64,000 nt of DNA from Candidatus Tayloriibacteriota bacterium. Its GTDB lineage: Bacteria > Patescibacteriota > Minisyncoccia > Phycocordibacterales > PALSA-1337. The notes under the pieces were generated by a model. The model had not been told where the DNA came from, ran no database searches, and saw only the letters and a program-made list of their open reading frames with translations. Both the position numbers and the translations under genes were made by a program. This document shows, piece by piece, positions 36,355 to 46,197 of this stretch. Every line of letters begins with the position of its first letter. Position 1 is the first letter of the stretch. The stretch covers positions 127,410 to 191,409 of the forward strand of contig CAIOGI010000001.1 of NCBI GenBank assembly GCA_903857825.1, written 5' to 3'.

Positions 36355-36455
36355 GTAAAATCGTGAGAGCCAACGGGGAGGAAGCCTTATTCTTTTCCTA
36401 GCTTGCGTAGAAAAGAAAAGGCCTTCCGACCGCAAGATTGGCGAACCGATTTTAC
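36355..36455 (+). promoter_or_regulatory. structured intercistronic/leader RNA motif, copy C (ssb->rpsR)
   Basis: Outer stem gtaaaatcg/cgattttac. Core gagagccaacggggaggaagcc ... ggccttccgaccgcaagattggcgaacc. An internal U-run pairs an A-run (ttcttttcc/gaaaagaaaa). Confidence 0.5.
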
Positions 36456-36486
36456 CAAGTATGATTATAAAAATTAATAAAATAAT

Positions 36487-36690
36487 ATGAATAAACAGTG
36501 CTATTTTTCACAAAATAATATAAGAAACATAGACTATAAGGACACAGAAATCCTAAAGAAATTTCTTAATCCTCACGGTCGTATGATAAGCCGAAAGAAG
36601 ACAGGTGTATGTGCTAGAAGCCAGCGTCAGCTAGCTACAGCAGTCAAATATGCACGTTTTATGGGGCTTCTACCTTATATAGCGAGATAA
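36487..36690 (+). CDS. rpsR: 30S ribosomal protein S18
   Basis: ...RKKTGVCARSQRQLATAVKYARFMGLLPY. Confidence 0.85.
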   Translation: MNKQCYFSQNNIRNIDYKDTEILKKFLNPHGRMISRKKTGVCARSQRQLATAVKYARFMGLLPYIAR

Positions 36691-36747
36691 TTTATAGAAA
36701 AGAAAAAAAGCATGTTGTTGATCAGCATGCTTTTTTCTTTTGCTCAT

Positions 36748-37320
36748 TTATTTCCCAACCCTCTCTCTGTACTCACCAGTATCAACATTGATTTTTATAA
36801 TATCTCCTTCATTTACGAATAGGGGAGCGCCAAGTGTTGCTCCTGTTTCGACTGTAATGACTTTGTTTCCTCCAGTAGCACTGTCACCTTTAATGTTTGG
36901 TGGAGATTCAGTAACTTTTAGCTCGACCATGGCAGGGAATTTGAAACCAGTGGTTTTGTCTCCGAACATAAGTTGAGTGATTATTGTGTTCGGCTTCATG
37001 AATCTGATTTGTTGACCTATCTGATCATCTGTAAAACTAAAACGATTACTAGGTTCAGTGGGAAGACAAAACCAATGTTCAGCTTTGTTTTTATATAGAT
37101 ATTTTATTTCTCTATTATCTATTTCGGCCTCTTCTACTTTTTCTGATACATGGAAAGAGTATTCAGTGACTTTCCCTGAGATAAGGTTCTTAAGCTTTGT
37201 GGCGTTTACAGGTTTTCTTTGTTGTTTTCTAAATACATGAGAAGTGATGACTTCATAAGGTTGTCCATCTAAAACAATGTATTTTCTTTCAACTATTTCA
37301 TTATATTCGAGCATTGACAT
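36748..37320 (-). CDS. efp: elongation factor P
   Basis: ORF 36748..37416; the likely start is MSMLEYNEIVERKYIVLDGQPYEV at 37320. It has the KOW-like N-terminus and OB domains (GDSATGGNKVITVETGATLGAPLFVNEGDIIKINVDTGEY). Confidence 0.85.
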   Translation of the reverse strand: MSMLEYNEIVERKYIVLDGQPYEVITSHVFRKQQRKPVNATKLKNLISGKVTEYSFHVSEKVEEAEIDNREIKYLYKNKAEHWFCLPTEPSNRFSFTDDQIGQQIRFMKPNTIITQLMFGDKTTGFKFPAMVELKVTESPPNIKGDSATGGNKVITVETGATLGAPLFVNEGDIIKINVDTGEYRERVGK

Positions 37321-37339
37321 GGGTATTTTTGTATTATTA

Positions 37340-37487
37340 AGAAAATAGGCTCGCCAATCTTGCGGTCGGAAGCACTTTATTTTTTTAGCCAAGGCACTTG
37401 TTGTTTGATAAATCAAACAATGTCGCGCAAGCTAGAAAAAATAAAGTCTTCCTCCCCGTTGGCTCACACTATTTTCTACTCATACTA
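37340..37487 (-). promoter_or_regulatory. structured intercistronic/leader RNA motif, copy E (recA->efp), with enlarged apical insertion
   Basis: Minus strand: outer stem agaaaatag/ctattttct; core gtgagccaacggggaggaagac ... gcttccgaccgcaagattggcgagcc. A U-run/A-run is present. The apical region is extended by gcgcgacattgtttgatttatcaaacaacaagtgccttgg. Confidence 0.45.
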
Positions 37488-37492
37488 CACGA

Positions 37493-38596
37493 TTATTTTT
37501 CTTCTGCAAGTTTTGCGCGTATTTTGGCTAATATCTCATTTTTAAGTGGGGGATTTTCTTTGAGGAATTGGCGTGTTGCATCATAACCTCTTCCAAGCTT
37601 CATTTCTCCATATGAGTAAGAAGTTCCTGATTTGCTTATGATTTCCATCTTTTCACCAAGTGCCATTATTTCTCCTTCTTGAGAAATGCCCTCATTGTAC
37701 ATTAGATCGAATTCTGTTTGACGGAATGGGGCAGCGACTTTATTTTTTACTACTTTTACACGTACACGACCTCCCATGATTTCTTCACCTTTCTTTATCT
37801 GAGCGATTCTTCTTATGTCCAGACGAACCGATGTATAGAACTTCAATGCTTTTCCTCCTGGTGTGGTTTCTGGATTACCAAACATTACACCTATTTGCAT
37901 TCGAATTTGGTTTATAAATATAACGACAGTCTTTGACTTGGCGACTATACTCGTAAGCTTTCTAAGGGCCTGTGACATGAGGCGTGCTTGTTTCCCAACA
38001 TGATATGCTCCCATGTCTCCCTCGATCTCATCCTTTGGAGTTAGTGCAGCTACAGAGTCAATAACTATGACGTCCATTTTTCCAGAGTGGATAAGACTTT
38101 CTACAATGCCTAAAGCTTGTTCACCTGTATCTGGCTGTGAAATAAGTAATTCGTCTGTCTTTACTCCCAATCTTTTTGAATATTCTGGATCCATTGCATG
38201 TTCTGCATCGATGAAAGCACAAATACCACCGAGTTTTTGTGCTTCGGCGATAACGTGTAGGGAAAGGGTCGTTTTTCCTGATGATTCTGGACCAAATATT
38301 TCTATTATTCTGCCTCTTGGTAGGCCTCCTATGCCAAGTGCTGAATCTAATCCAATTGAACCAGTAGATATAGCATTTACATTGACCTTAGGTTTCTCTC
38401 CTAATTTCATTATGCTTTCATCTCCAAACTTTGACCTTATGGCATCAAGTGTAGATGAAATACTATCTGTTGGATCAATTTTCTTTACTTCTTTTTTATT
38501 TTTTTCTATTTTTACCTCGCCTTCGTTATCTAATGCTTCTATTTTTTCTTCTACCTCACTCTCTTCTTTTTTTACCTCTTTTTGTTTTTTTACCAT
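37493..38596 (-). CDS. recA: recombinase RecA
   Basis: [33 protein letters not shown] (Walker A); L1/L2 loops; full-length RecA. Confidence 0.95.
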   Translation of the reverse strand: MVKKQKEVKKEESEVEEKIEALDNEGEVKIEKNKKEVKKIDPTDSISSTLDAIRSKFGDESIMKLGEKPKVNVNAISTGSIGLDSALGIGGLPRGRIIEIFGPESSGKTTLSLHVIAEAQKLGGICAFIDAEHAMDPEYSKRLGVKTDELLISQPDTGEQALGIVESLIHSGKMDVIVIDSVAALTPKDEIEGDMGAYHVGKQARLMSQALRKLTSIVAKSKTVVIFINQIRMQIGVMFGNPETTPGGKALKFYTSVRLDIRRIAQIKKGEEIMGGRVRVKVVKNKVAAPFRQTEFDLMYNEGISQEGEIMALGEKMEIISKSGTSYSYGEMKLGRGYDATRQFLKENPPLKNEILAKIRAKLAEEK

Positions 38597-38666
38597 ACGG
38601 TTAATTTTATTAAAAATAATGTTGGGTACATTTATTTTGGTATAGTAATTCTATCACCTTTATAGA

Positions 38667-39023
38667 TTATTTTTCATAGACAAGTTCGAATTTGTATTCG
38701 ATAGTTCTGTTGAACTTATCCTTTGCTCGGAATAGGGATACATTGTATCCTGGAGCCAATAACAAGGTTTCCTCAAAATTCCCACTCTGGTCTATCAAAA
38801 TTGGTCTACCATTCAGGGTTATATCTTGTATTCTTAGTGCCATACCTTTTACATTTACCGATGAGGTTGAGAAAACATCACCCGAATGTGGGCTCGTTAG
38901 TATGATTTCTGGTCCTTTTATTAGGCTATTTGACTCAAAAAGGGCATATGCAATTATAAATAATAGAACAACTATTAAACCTGCTATCTTTATTATTTTT
39001 TTTGTATCATCTCGGTTGATCAT
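38667..39023 (-). CDS. hypothetical membrane-anchored protein
   Basis: ORF 38667..39059; the probable start is MINRDDTKK at 39023. It has a TM helix IIKIAGLIVVLLFIIAYALF followed by a beta-rich ~90 aa. Confidence 0.4.
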   Translation of the reverse strand: MINRDDTKKIIKIAGLIVVLLFIIAYALFESNSLIKGPEIILTSPHSGDVFSTSSVNVKGMALRIQDITLNGRPILIDQSGNFEETLLLAPGYNVSLFRAKDKFNRTIEYKFELVYEK

Positions 39024-41250
39024 TGTTTGTCTCTGCTGCAAGAGCGGGATCTGCCTCATTATTGTCCGTATCGATTACATCCGATTGGGTCGATCCGTAG
39101 ACATCTCGAGCTCTAGAACCATTTGCTGGACCTATGACACCTTTTTCTTCCAGAAGGTCTATAAGTTTCGCTGCACGAGAATATCCTATACTAAGTCTTC
39201 TTTGTAGATATGATGTAGAAGCCTTTCCACTGGACACTATTATTTCACGAGCCTGGTTTAGTAACTCATCCTCATCTCCTAGATCTGCTTTTTCTGTGTC
39301 AAAGTCTGCTGAAAAGATAGCATCACTTCCAGCTTCTGTTGTGGTCAAGTTGATTTCACCCATCACTTCCTCAGCATATTGATCCGATAGGTATTTTACG
39401 ACTTTCTTGACCTCGGTTTCTGTAATATATGCAGATTGCAAACGTTGAGGTTTGGACATCTCACCGCCTAGATATAGCATATCTCCTGCTCCTAGGAGTT
39501 TTTCTGCACCACCTGTGTCCAATATGGTTCTGGAATCGATTTGGGATGACACTTGAAGAGCAATACGAGTGGGTATATTTGCCTTTATAAGTCCAGTAAT
39601 GACGTTCACACTGGGTCTTTGTGTGGATATTATCAAATGTATACCGATAGCACGACTCATCTGTGCTAGGCGAACTATTGCCGACTCTAATTCTCTAGGA
39701 TAGGTTTGCATAATATCGGCTAGTTCGTCCAAAACTATTACGATATATGGCATTTGTTCAAGTTCTTCCTTTTTACTATCTTTGTCCTTTTTATTTGCTC
39801 TACTTGCTGAAAGGATTTTGTGATAAGAATCAATATCTCTAGCGCTATGATTTTGCAATATATCATATCGACGATTCATTTCTTTTGCTGCCCATTTTAA
39901 GGCTAGTATTGCTTTCTTTGCATCTGTAATAACAGGAGTAAGAAGGTGAGGGATTTTATTATAAAGTGTTAATTCCACTCTCTTTGGATCTATCATTATA
40001 AATTTCAATGCTTGTGGTGAATTTCGGAAGAGCAGGGAATTAATGATGGCATGTATGGTAACTGATTTTCCTGATCCAGTAGCTCCAGCTATGAGCATGT
40101 GAGGAGCCTTTGCGAGATTTGAAAAATGTGATTTTCCAGAAATGCCTTTTCCAAGTGATACAAGTAATGGTTTTTCTGATTCTCTATATTCATCAGATCC
40201 TAGTAGGGTAGCAAGGCCAACTGTTGTTTTTATTGTATTTGGTATTTCTATTCCCACGAGTGATTTTCCTGGTATTGGCGCCTCTATACGTATAGGGTGT
40301 GCAGCGAGTGCCAAGGCTAGGTCATTATTTAGTCCTATTATTTTAGAAAGCTTTACTCCTTCGGCTGGCTTCAATGAGTATCTGGTAACTGAAGGTCCGA
40401 TAGATATTTCATCCATTTCTACGTCTATGCCAAACGTTTGAAGTGTTCGCTTTATAATATTTGCATTTGCTTTTATGTCTCCGGTTTCTGGTTTGCCTTT
40501 ATCCTTTTCAAGTAAGGTCAATGGAGGTGCGATAAAGGGAACAGAGCTATATGAAGAATTCATCTTTATATCACTCTCTTCTTCCTTCCTTATTTTCTCT
40601 GGCTTTTTCTTGTCCTCATTTTCCTTGGCTATCTTTGCCTCAACATCAGTAACGGCTTTACTTATCTTTGCCTGAGATTCTTCTTCTTTATCTTCTATTT
40701 TTTCTAAATCCTCTTCGTCTTCTACCTTTATCTTTTTAAAGTATTTCCAAAACTTGAGGTTCTCAATGGTGAAGTGAACTTCAAATATTATCATTATTGA
40801 TATAGCAATGAATGCTAGCAGTAGTATCACGGTTGGAACTGAGTCTATCGTCGATACTAAGGGTGTTGCGACCCATCTTCCAAATTTGCCACCCTCATTT
40901 GCTGACAAAAGATGAATCAATCCAAGTCCAGAGAAAAAGAAAAGAAAAATAGATACTATTTTTGATGTATTAAACTTTGTTTCTATACCCTTTAAAAAGG
41001 ATATGGCAGTCATGATAAAAGTTACCGGTAACAAATAATATCCAAAACCAAACCATATTGTTAGGAAATTATAAATGATTTTACCAATGGGATCTGCCAT
41101 ATGCATAGGTGCCAATATGGATAATAATGCAAGTACAAAAAATAATATTGAAAAAATAGCTTGTAATGTTTCTCTCTTGATCTCACCCCTTATCTTTCCA
41201 GTGATATCATTGTTTCTTTTTTTAGTGGCCATAATAAATAATAATACCAC
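39007..41250 (-). CDS. ftsK: DNA translocase FtsK/SpoIIIE
   Basis: Multi-TM N-terminus; Walker A LIAGATGSGKSVTIHAIINSLL; a C-terminal gamma/winged-helix domain (ASTSYLQRRLSIGYSRAAKLIDLLEEKGVIGP). Confidence 0.85.
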   Translation of the reverse strand: MVLLFIMATKKRNNDITGKIRGEIKRETLQAIFSILFFVLALLSILAPMHMADPIGKIIYNFLTIWFGFGYYLLPVTFIMTAISFLKGIETKFNTSKIVSIFLFFFSGLGLIHLLSANEGGKFGRWVATPLVSTIDSVPTVILLLAFIAISIMIIFEVHFTIENLKFWKYFKKIKVEDEEDLEKIEDKEEESQAKISKAVTDVEAKIAKENEDKKKPEKIRKEEESDIKMNSSYSSVPFIAPPLTLLEKDKGKPETGDIKANANIIKRTLQTFGIDVEMDEISIGPSVTRYSLKPAEGVKLSKIIGLNNDLALALAAHPIRIEAPIPGKSLVGIEIPNTIKTTVGLATLLGSDEYRESEKPLLVSLGKGISGKSHFSNLAKAPHMLIAGATGSGKSVTIHAIINSLLFRNSPQALKFIMIDPKRVELTLYNKIPHLLTPVITDAKKAILALKWAAKEMNRRYDILQNHSARDIDSYHKILSASRANKKDKDSKKEELEQMPYIVIVLDELADIMQTYPRELESAIVRLAQMSRAIGIHLIISTQRPSVNVITGLIKANIPTRIALQVSSQIDSRTILDTGGAEKLLGAGDMLYLGGEMSKPQRLQSAYITETEVKKVVKYLSDQYAEEVMGEINLTTTEAGSDAIFSADFDTEKADLGDEDELLNQAREIIVSSGKASTSYLQRRLSIGYSRAAKLIDLLEEKGVIGPANGSRARDVYGSTQSDVIDTDNNEADPALAAETNNDQPR

Positions 41251-41401
41251 AATAATGTACTATTGCTATTATGCCTGCAAGCGTGTCATGGCGAGAAAAT
41301 GCCCTTTACAAAAGGACGTTGTCGTTTATATAATAAGACATAAGAGGGTTGAGATTTCTATGGGACAATAAGAGTAAAGGACGATAGTAACGTAAAAGAC
41401 A

Positions 41402-42115
41402 ATGAATAACATATTTAATAATCATAAGGACATAGGACTATTTAATAATGGTGATTATCTTGTGTTTTCTTTTAAAAAGACAGAAAAGATTGTAACAGCC
41501 ATTTATCTTGTTACAGGTTTAATAAAAGACAATGAACCTATGAAGTGGGAATTGAGAGAGGGAAGTATGTCTATGCATTCTGTGATCATGTCTCTAAATG
41601 GTGCAGAAGTTGTTGATAAAAATAGATTGTTACAATCCTTCTATACACTGTCTATTCAGATGACTTCATTTTTGAATATCGCCATGATTTCAGGGCTTGT
41701 ATCAAATATGAATTCTTCGATTATTATTTCGGAAATTACTGCATTGATTGAATATTTAAAGAAGCATGCATCTTCAGCGACGAGCTCGGCTGGGTATATT
41801 TTGTCTGATACTTTCTTTTCTACTGACACTACGTCTGATACAGGTACTAAAGGACATGGTATTTTGTCTAAATTACCTGATTCTGCTGGAGAGCCTAAAA
41901 GTAAGGTTATGATTGTTAAGGACAAAAAGGACAGTAGAAAAAATAGTATAATAAGTATATTAAAAAAGGACTCACAACTTACGATTAAAGACTTTGTAAA
42001 AGTCATTAATGATTGTAGTGAAAAGACCATACAAAGAGAGTTAATAGACCTTGTGGAAAAGGGTATAGTAAAGAGGAGTGGAGAACGTCGTTGGAGCACA
42101 TATTCCCTAGCATAA
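41402..42115 (+). CDS. hypothetical protein with C-terminal winged-helix DNA-binding domain
   Basis: The C-terminus IISILKKDSQLTIKDFVKVINDCSEKTIQRELIDLVEKGIVKRSGERRWSTYSL is wHTH-like. Confidence 0.4.
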   Translation: MNNIFNNHKDIGLFNNGDYLVFSFKKTEKIVTAIYLVTGLIKDNEPMKWELREGSMSMHSVIMSLNGAEVVDKNRLLQSFYTLSIQMTSFLNIAMISGLVSNMNSSIIISEITALIEYLKKHASSATSSAGYILSDTFFSTDTTSDTGTKGHGILSKLPDSAGEPKSKVMIVKDKKDSRKNSIISILKKDSQLTIKDFVKVINDCSEKTIQRELIDLVEKGIVKRSGERRWSTYSLA

Positions 42116-42482
42116 ATTTTTGACTTTTCTATGCATATCGTGTAGTATTCAATTGTGTATTCTAGTTTGATTATAACTAGTTATCCACAAGTTATTTTGC
42201 AGTATTTGCCTATCAGGGTATATAATGTTTGATAACGTACTTTGACAATTTAATTTCGTGTTTATTTTACCGAATTACTTATGCCTTTATTGTTAGTTAA
42301 TTCTAGATATTCAGACTCATTCCCTTATAGCTTCTTTCTTCGCTTGTGTCGATAATATGAGCAAAGAAATTAGTGAAAGTTTTAGTTAGCTTTTATTAAT
42401 AGTTAGTTAAGTTTTAACAATGGGTAATGGTATTTCAAATTATTATTATTAATCGAAATATTATTGCTTTAAAATTATAAAA

Positions 42483-44381
42483 ATGAAAAAAATATTAATC
42501 GCAGGTGTTATCGCGTTGGCTGCAGTAGTTACTGTTTCAACAGTAAACGCCGCATTCGACAATAATCTAAGTGTTGGTAGTACAGGTGCAGACGTATCTG
42601 CTCTACAGACAGTATTGATGGGAAAGGGATTTGATATTCCTTCTATCAAGTCAGGTGCAGCAATGCCAGGTTACTTTGGACAGCAAACAAAGACAGCAGT
42701 TATGGCTTACCAAGCAAGTGTAAACGTTCCTACAACAGGTTTCGTAGGACCACTTACAAGAGCTGCTCTTAATAGTGCAGGTGGAACAACAGGAACAGTA
42801 GGTGGTACAACAGGTACAATCACAGTTCCATTCCCATGTCCAGCAGGATATAATCCTCCAGCTCCTTGGGTTTGCCCAACAACAGGGGGAACAACAGGAA
42901 CAGGAGTTACAGCAGATGGAACTGATGGATCACTTTCAGTTACTACATCAAGTTTTGTTTCAACAGGTGCTTCTGTAAAAAAGGGTGAGACAAAGAATGT
43001 TGTTGCAGTAAAACTACAAGCAACAGCAGGACCAGTTAAGGTCACTCGTGTCGATGCTCACTTCTCTGTACGACCATGGTTGTTCTTCAGTACAGTTACA
43101 TTAAAGGATTCAGCAGGAAATGTTCTGGCTACAAAGCCTTTGAGTAGTATCGCTGATGTAACAGAAATTTCAATTGGGTCTGACTACCTAGTAAGATTCG
43201 AAGGTCTAAACTTTGTTGTTACTCCAGGAACAAATCCTGACCTAGTGGTGGGCGTTTCTGTACTTTCATCTACAGATAAAATTGCTACAGGTGGAACAAG
43301 CGTTACTGCCAACATTACTTCAAATTCGATCAGAACCATCAATGGTCTAGGGTTCACTGATTCAGTTGGTGGTGTTGCTTTAGCAAGTCCACTTACAACA
43401 AGTGGAGCAGGTGCTTCAACATTCACACTAACCTCAACAGGTTCAGTTGCAGATATCTCAACAAGAATTAGTCCAAATGCTCCTGCTACACAAGCTACAG
43501 AGCCTATTTCAGCTACAGTAGCTACAAATGGTGTAGAGTTAGGAGTGTTCAGCCTAAAGTCTGCAAATTCTGCTTCAATAGTTAACAATCTGAAGTTCCA
43601 AGTTAACATAAATAGTGCAGCTTCAAAGACGGCTTACTTCAGCAATGTAAGACTGATGGTTGGTTCACAGAGCTATGGCGCGCTTACATTTGATACAGCT
43701 GGTCTAGCAACATTTACAAATCTAAATTTTGCTCTTCCTCTTGATCAGTGGACAGATGTAAAGTTGGTTGCTGACATGATAGCTACAACTACAGATGTTA
43801 TAGCTTCATCAACTCTATTAGGCGCTTGGGTAGATGCTACTGATAGCACATACACAGCGGCTACTGTCGGAGGTCTAGCTATGTCAGGTGCTGCAGCAAG
43901 TAATCAGGTAAGTGTTAATACACTTTTGACAGTAAGTAGTGTATCACTAGGCTTGTCAGCTACTCCAGCTATAGTTGTTCAAGAAATCAAAGGATTATTG
44001 AATAGTAGTCAAACTACTGCAGCAAATGTTGCATATACATTCACTTTGACAAATAATAGTTCAAATAGTTTGTATGTTTCTTCAAATGTCGCAACATTGA
44101 TTAATGCTACAACAACTTCTCCAGCAGCTAATGCGTCTTCTACAATCTCAACTATTGAGCCTGTAGCAGCAGTTGCAGGAGATGCTTCAGGATATTACAT
44201 CCTTCCATCTTCAGGTGGCTCAAGAACATTCACAGTTTCTGGCATAATCCAGAAGTCTTCAGGAGGCCTACGATCTGAAAGATTAAGTATTACAAGTATC
44301 CAGTATGGAAATACAACAGCTGGTACAGGAAGTAATATTACTTCAGGTCTAGAGAAGTTAACTGTAGCAATTACTATTTAA
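42483..44381 (+). CDS. secreted surface protein with N-terminal peptidoglycan-binding domain and Thr/Ser/Gly/Ala-rich beta region
   Basis: Signal peptide MKKILIAGVIALAAVVTVSTVNA. The block LSVGSTGADVSALQTVLMGKGFDIPS...GYFGQQTKTAVMAYQASVNVPTTGFVGPLTRAAL matches the PG_binding_1 pattern. It is followed by ~500 aa of low-complexity T/S/G/A/V. Confidence 0.55.
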   Translation: MKKILIAGVIALAAVVTVSTVNAAFDNNLSVGSTGADVSALQTVLMGKGFDIPSIKSGAAMPGYFGQQTKTAVMAYQASVNVPTTGFVGPLTRAALNSAGGTTGTVGGTTGTITVPFPCPAGYNPPAPWVCPTTGGTTGTGVTADGTDGSLSVTTSSFVSTGASVKKGETKNVVAVKLQATAGPVKVTRVDAHFSVRPWLFFSTVTLKDSAGNVLATKPLSSIADVTEISIGSDYLVRFEGLNFVVTPGTNPDLVVGVSVLSSTDKIATGGTSVTANITSNSIRTINGLGFTDSVGGVALASPLTTSGAGASTFTLTSTGSVADISTRISPNAPATQATEPISATVATNGVELGVFSLKSANSASIVNNLKFQVNINSAASKTAYFSNVRLMVGSQSYGALTFDTAGLATFTNLNFALPLDQWTDVKLVADMIATTTDVIASSTLLGAWVDATDSTYTAATVGGLAMSGAAASNQVSVNTLLTVSSVSLGLSATPAIVVQEIKGLLNSSQTTAANVAYTFTLTNNSSNSLYVSSNVATLINATTTSPAANASSTISTIEPVAAVAGDASGYYILPSSGGSRTFTVSGIIQKSSGGLRSERLSITSIQYGNTTAGTGSNITSGLEKLTVAITI

Positions 44382-44414
44382 TAGTAGGTATTGTATAGTT
44401 GTTTCTCGTTCACT

Positions 44415-44473
44415 CCCCTCAACAGGTTAAAACGTTGAACAAAATACCACTCGGAAACGGGTGGTTTTTTGTT
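44415..44473 (+). repeat. array repeat unit R1 (conserved block + intrinsic terminator CCACUCGGAAACGGGUGG-U6)
   Basis: cccctcaacaggttaaaacgttgaacaaaataccactcggaaacgggtggttttttgtt. Confidence 0.75.
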
Positions 44474-44630
44474 TATATAATTTTGTTTACTTTTTAACTT
44501 TTATATATTTGAATATTGTTTTCTGCGAAAATCCATATAATCATGCAATATTTATCCACAGATTCTTAAGAAGTAATAAATTTTTTGTGATTTTTACTAT
44601 TTACACAAAAATATCAATTGATAATATGGG
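44474..44630 (+). promoter_or_regulatory. array upstream leader type 1 (copy 1)
   Basis: tatataattttgtttactttttaacttttatatatttgaatattgttttctgcgaaaatccatataatcatgcaatatttatccacagattcttaagaagtaataaattttttgtgatttttactatttacacaaaaatatcaattgataatat. It is near-identical to 48634-48792 and diverged at 46040-46197. It contains TTATCCACA and TTTACA-16-TAATAT. Confidence 0.5.
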
Positions 44631-44633
44631 TTG

Positions 44634-45245
44634 ATGGATAAAAAAGAGATAAACATTTTTCTAAAAAGTTTTGAATTACAATATTCTAGAACACTAGTCA
44701 TTATTGATTTTGCAAATGTAGAAAAATGGAAAGATAATTTGGGTTGGAAAATTGGTATACAAGAACTTGCTAGACTTGTAAAAAACTTTACAAAAGGGGA
44801 TAAGAAATTACGAAGATTTTACTATGGTTCTGATTATGGACCCAATGATAAGTCAGATTATATGAATGACTGGTCATATAATATCCTTGAAAGGGCAAAA
44901 TCAAATGGATTTGAAGTAATAACCAAAAGGGTAAAATACATACACTCAACGCTGTCATTAAATGGGTTTATAAAAAAATGTGATCTCGATGTAGAAATGA
45001 CGGTTGATATACTGAGTATGAAAGATGCTTTTGATCAGATCTTAATATTTTCTGGAGATGGGGATATAACATATGCACTACAATATCTAAAAAATAGTTT
45101 CAATAAAAAGATCTATGTATTTGGAGCCAGGAATAGTATAGGAAGAGAAATAATTGATGCCCTTAACCAGGGGATAATTTGTAAGGTTATATACATTGAA
45201 GATTTCCAATACCGATTAAATATGGACAGATTCAGATATAAGTAA
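44634..45245 (+). CDS. NYN/LabA-like (PIN-fold) nuclease-domain protein, array paralog 1
   Basis: ORF 44631..45245 (TTG start in the track; ATG at 44634). Motifs IIDFANV..., CDLDVEMTVD, ILIFSGDGDITYALQYL and IYVFGARNS are the NYN signature blocks. Confidence 0.6.
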   Translation: MDKKEINIFLKSFELQYSRTLVIIDFANVEKWKDNLGWKIGIQELARLVKNFTKGDKKLRRFYYGSDYGPNDKSDYMNDWSYNILERAKSNGFEVITKRVKYIHSTLSLNGFIKKCDLDVEMTVDILSMKDAFDQILIFSGDGDITYALQYLKNSFNKKIYVFGARNSIGREIIDALNQGIICKVIYIEDFQYRLNMDRFRYK

Positions 45246-45360
45246 ATCAAAAATCTCCCCAAACGGGGAGATTTCGAATAAAATCCGGTGTAAGTTATTG
45301 CTTACTTTTACATAATATCATACGTCAAAATTTCATGCAAACAAAAAATTTAATATCTAT

Positions 45361-45420
45361 CCCTCTAACCAGGTTAAAACGTTGAACAAAATACCACTCG
45401 GAAACGGGTGGTTTTTTGTT
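45361..45420 (+). repeat. array repeat unit R2 (terminator-containing)
   Basis: ccctctaaccaggttaaaacgttgaacaaaataccactcggaaacgggtggttttttgtt. Preceded by aatttaatatctat, which is shared with copy R6. Confidence 0.75.
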
Positions 45421-45546
45421 TATATAATTTTATTTACTTTTCCCCAATCTTGTTTCGCAACTATGTTAAAAGACCATTTTCTTTAGAATATCTTAATAAC
45501 TGTTTGCTAGAGTGTTTGGATTATTGGAATAATTATTAAAGAGAAT
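45421..45546 (+). promoter_or_regulatory. array upstream leader type 2 (copy 1)
   Basis: tatataattttatttacttttccccaatcttgtttcgcaactatgttaaaagaccattttctttagaatatcttaataactgtttgctagagtg... It is shared with 47797-47920 and 49571-49691. Confidence 0.5.
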
Positions 45547-45957
45547 ATGATTATAAAAAGTTTTATCAAGGATTTTATTAAATGGTTATCAATCAAAAGA
45601 AAAATAGATGATTTTAAACATACCCCACCTTTATTTAATGAAGGTGAAATTTGGTGGTGTAGTATTGGTGAGAATGTGGGAGTAGAAATCAGTGGGAAAG
45701 GTGATCACTTTAGAAGACCTGTTCTTGTTGTAAGAAAACTTGATCAGTATTCATTTATAGGGGTACCCATCACTAGTCAAAATAAAGTAGGAACATGGTA
45801 TGCACATATAAAAGTTAAAAATAATGATAATTATGTTATATTATCCCAGATTAGACATATAGATTATAGGAGAATCGATAAAATCCTTTTTACTCTGGAT
45901 ATTTTGACATTTAATTATATTAGGACTGAAGTAGTAAATTTGATTAAGGGAGTATAA
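45547..45957 (+). CDS. MazF/PemK-like endoribonuclease toxin (no adjacent antitoxin ORF)
   Basis: GEIWWCSIGENVGVEISGKGDHFRRPVLVVRKLDQYSFIGVPITSQ matches the PemK/MazF pattern (G.I..........G.E..K.RP.LV......V..VP.TS). Confidence 0.55.
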   Translation: MIIKSFIKDFIKWLSIKRKIDDFKHTPPLFNEGEIWWCSIGENVGVEISGKGDHFRRPVLVVRKLDQYSFIGVPITSQNKVGTWYAHIKVKNNDNYVILSQIRHIDYRRIDKILFTLDILTFNYIRTEVVNLIKGV

Positions 45958-46039
45958 TAAATCACCCGTCTCCAAAGACGGGTGGACGTGGCTCATGCCA
46001 AATATGTATATATACTATCAGACACCAAAACTCTGTCAA

Positions 46040-46197
46040 GCAAAAATATATAATTTTGTTTACTTTTAACTTTTATATATAAATTCTATTTTTGAAGATA
46101 ATTCACATAATCGTGCCACTGTTATCCACAGATTCTTAAGAAGTAATAAATTTTTTGTAGTTCTAGCTCTTTACTTGAAATTCATAGTTGATAAAAT
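46040..46197 (+). promoter_or_regulatory. array upstream leader type 1 (diverged copy 2)
   Basis: ttttgtttacttttaacttttatatataaattctatttttgaagataattcacataatcgtgccactgttatccacagattcttaagaagtaataaattttttgtag... It contains TTTACT-16-TAAAAT. Confidence 0.45.

Noticed and set aside
37360-38645. Plus-strand ORFs opposite efp/recA (37360..37545, 37398..37586, 37718..37936, 38013..38645)
   Set aside because: They are antisense to strongly supported recA/efp and their leader RNA, and are Ser/Phe-rich low-complexity translations.
41075-41371. 98-aa plus-strand ORF at the ftsK 5' end
   Set aside because: It is antisense to the ftsK N-terminal membrane domain and hydrophobic by mirror effect.
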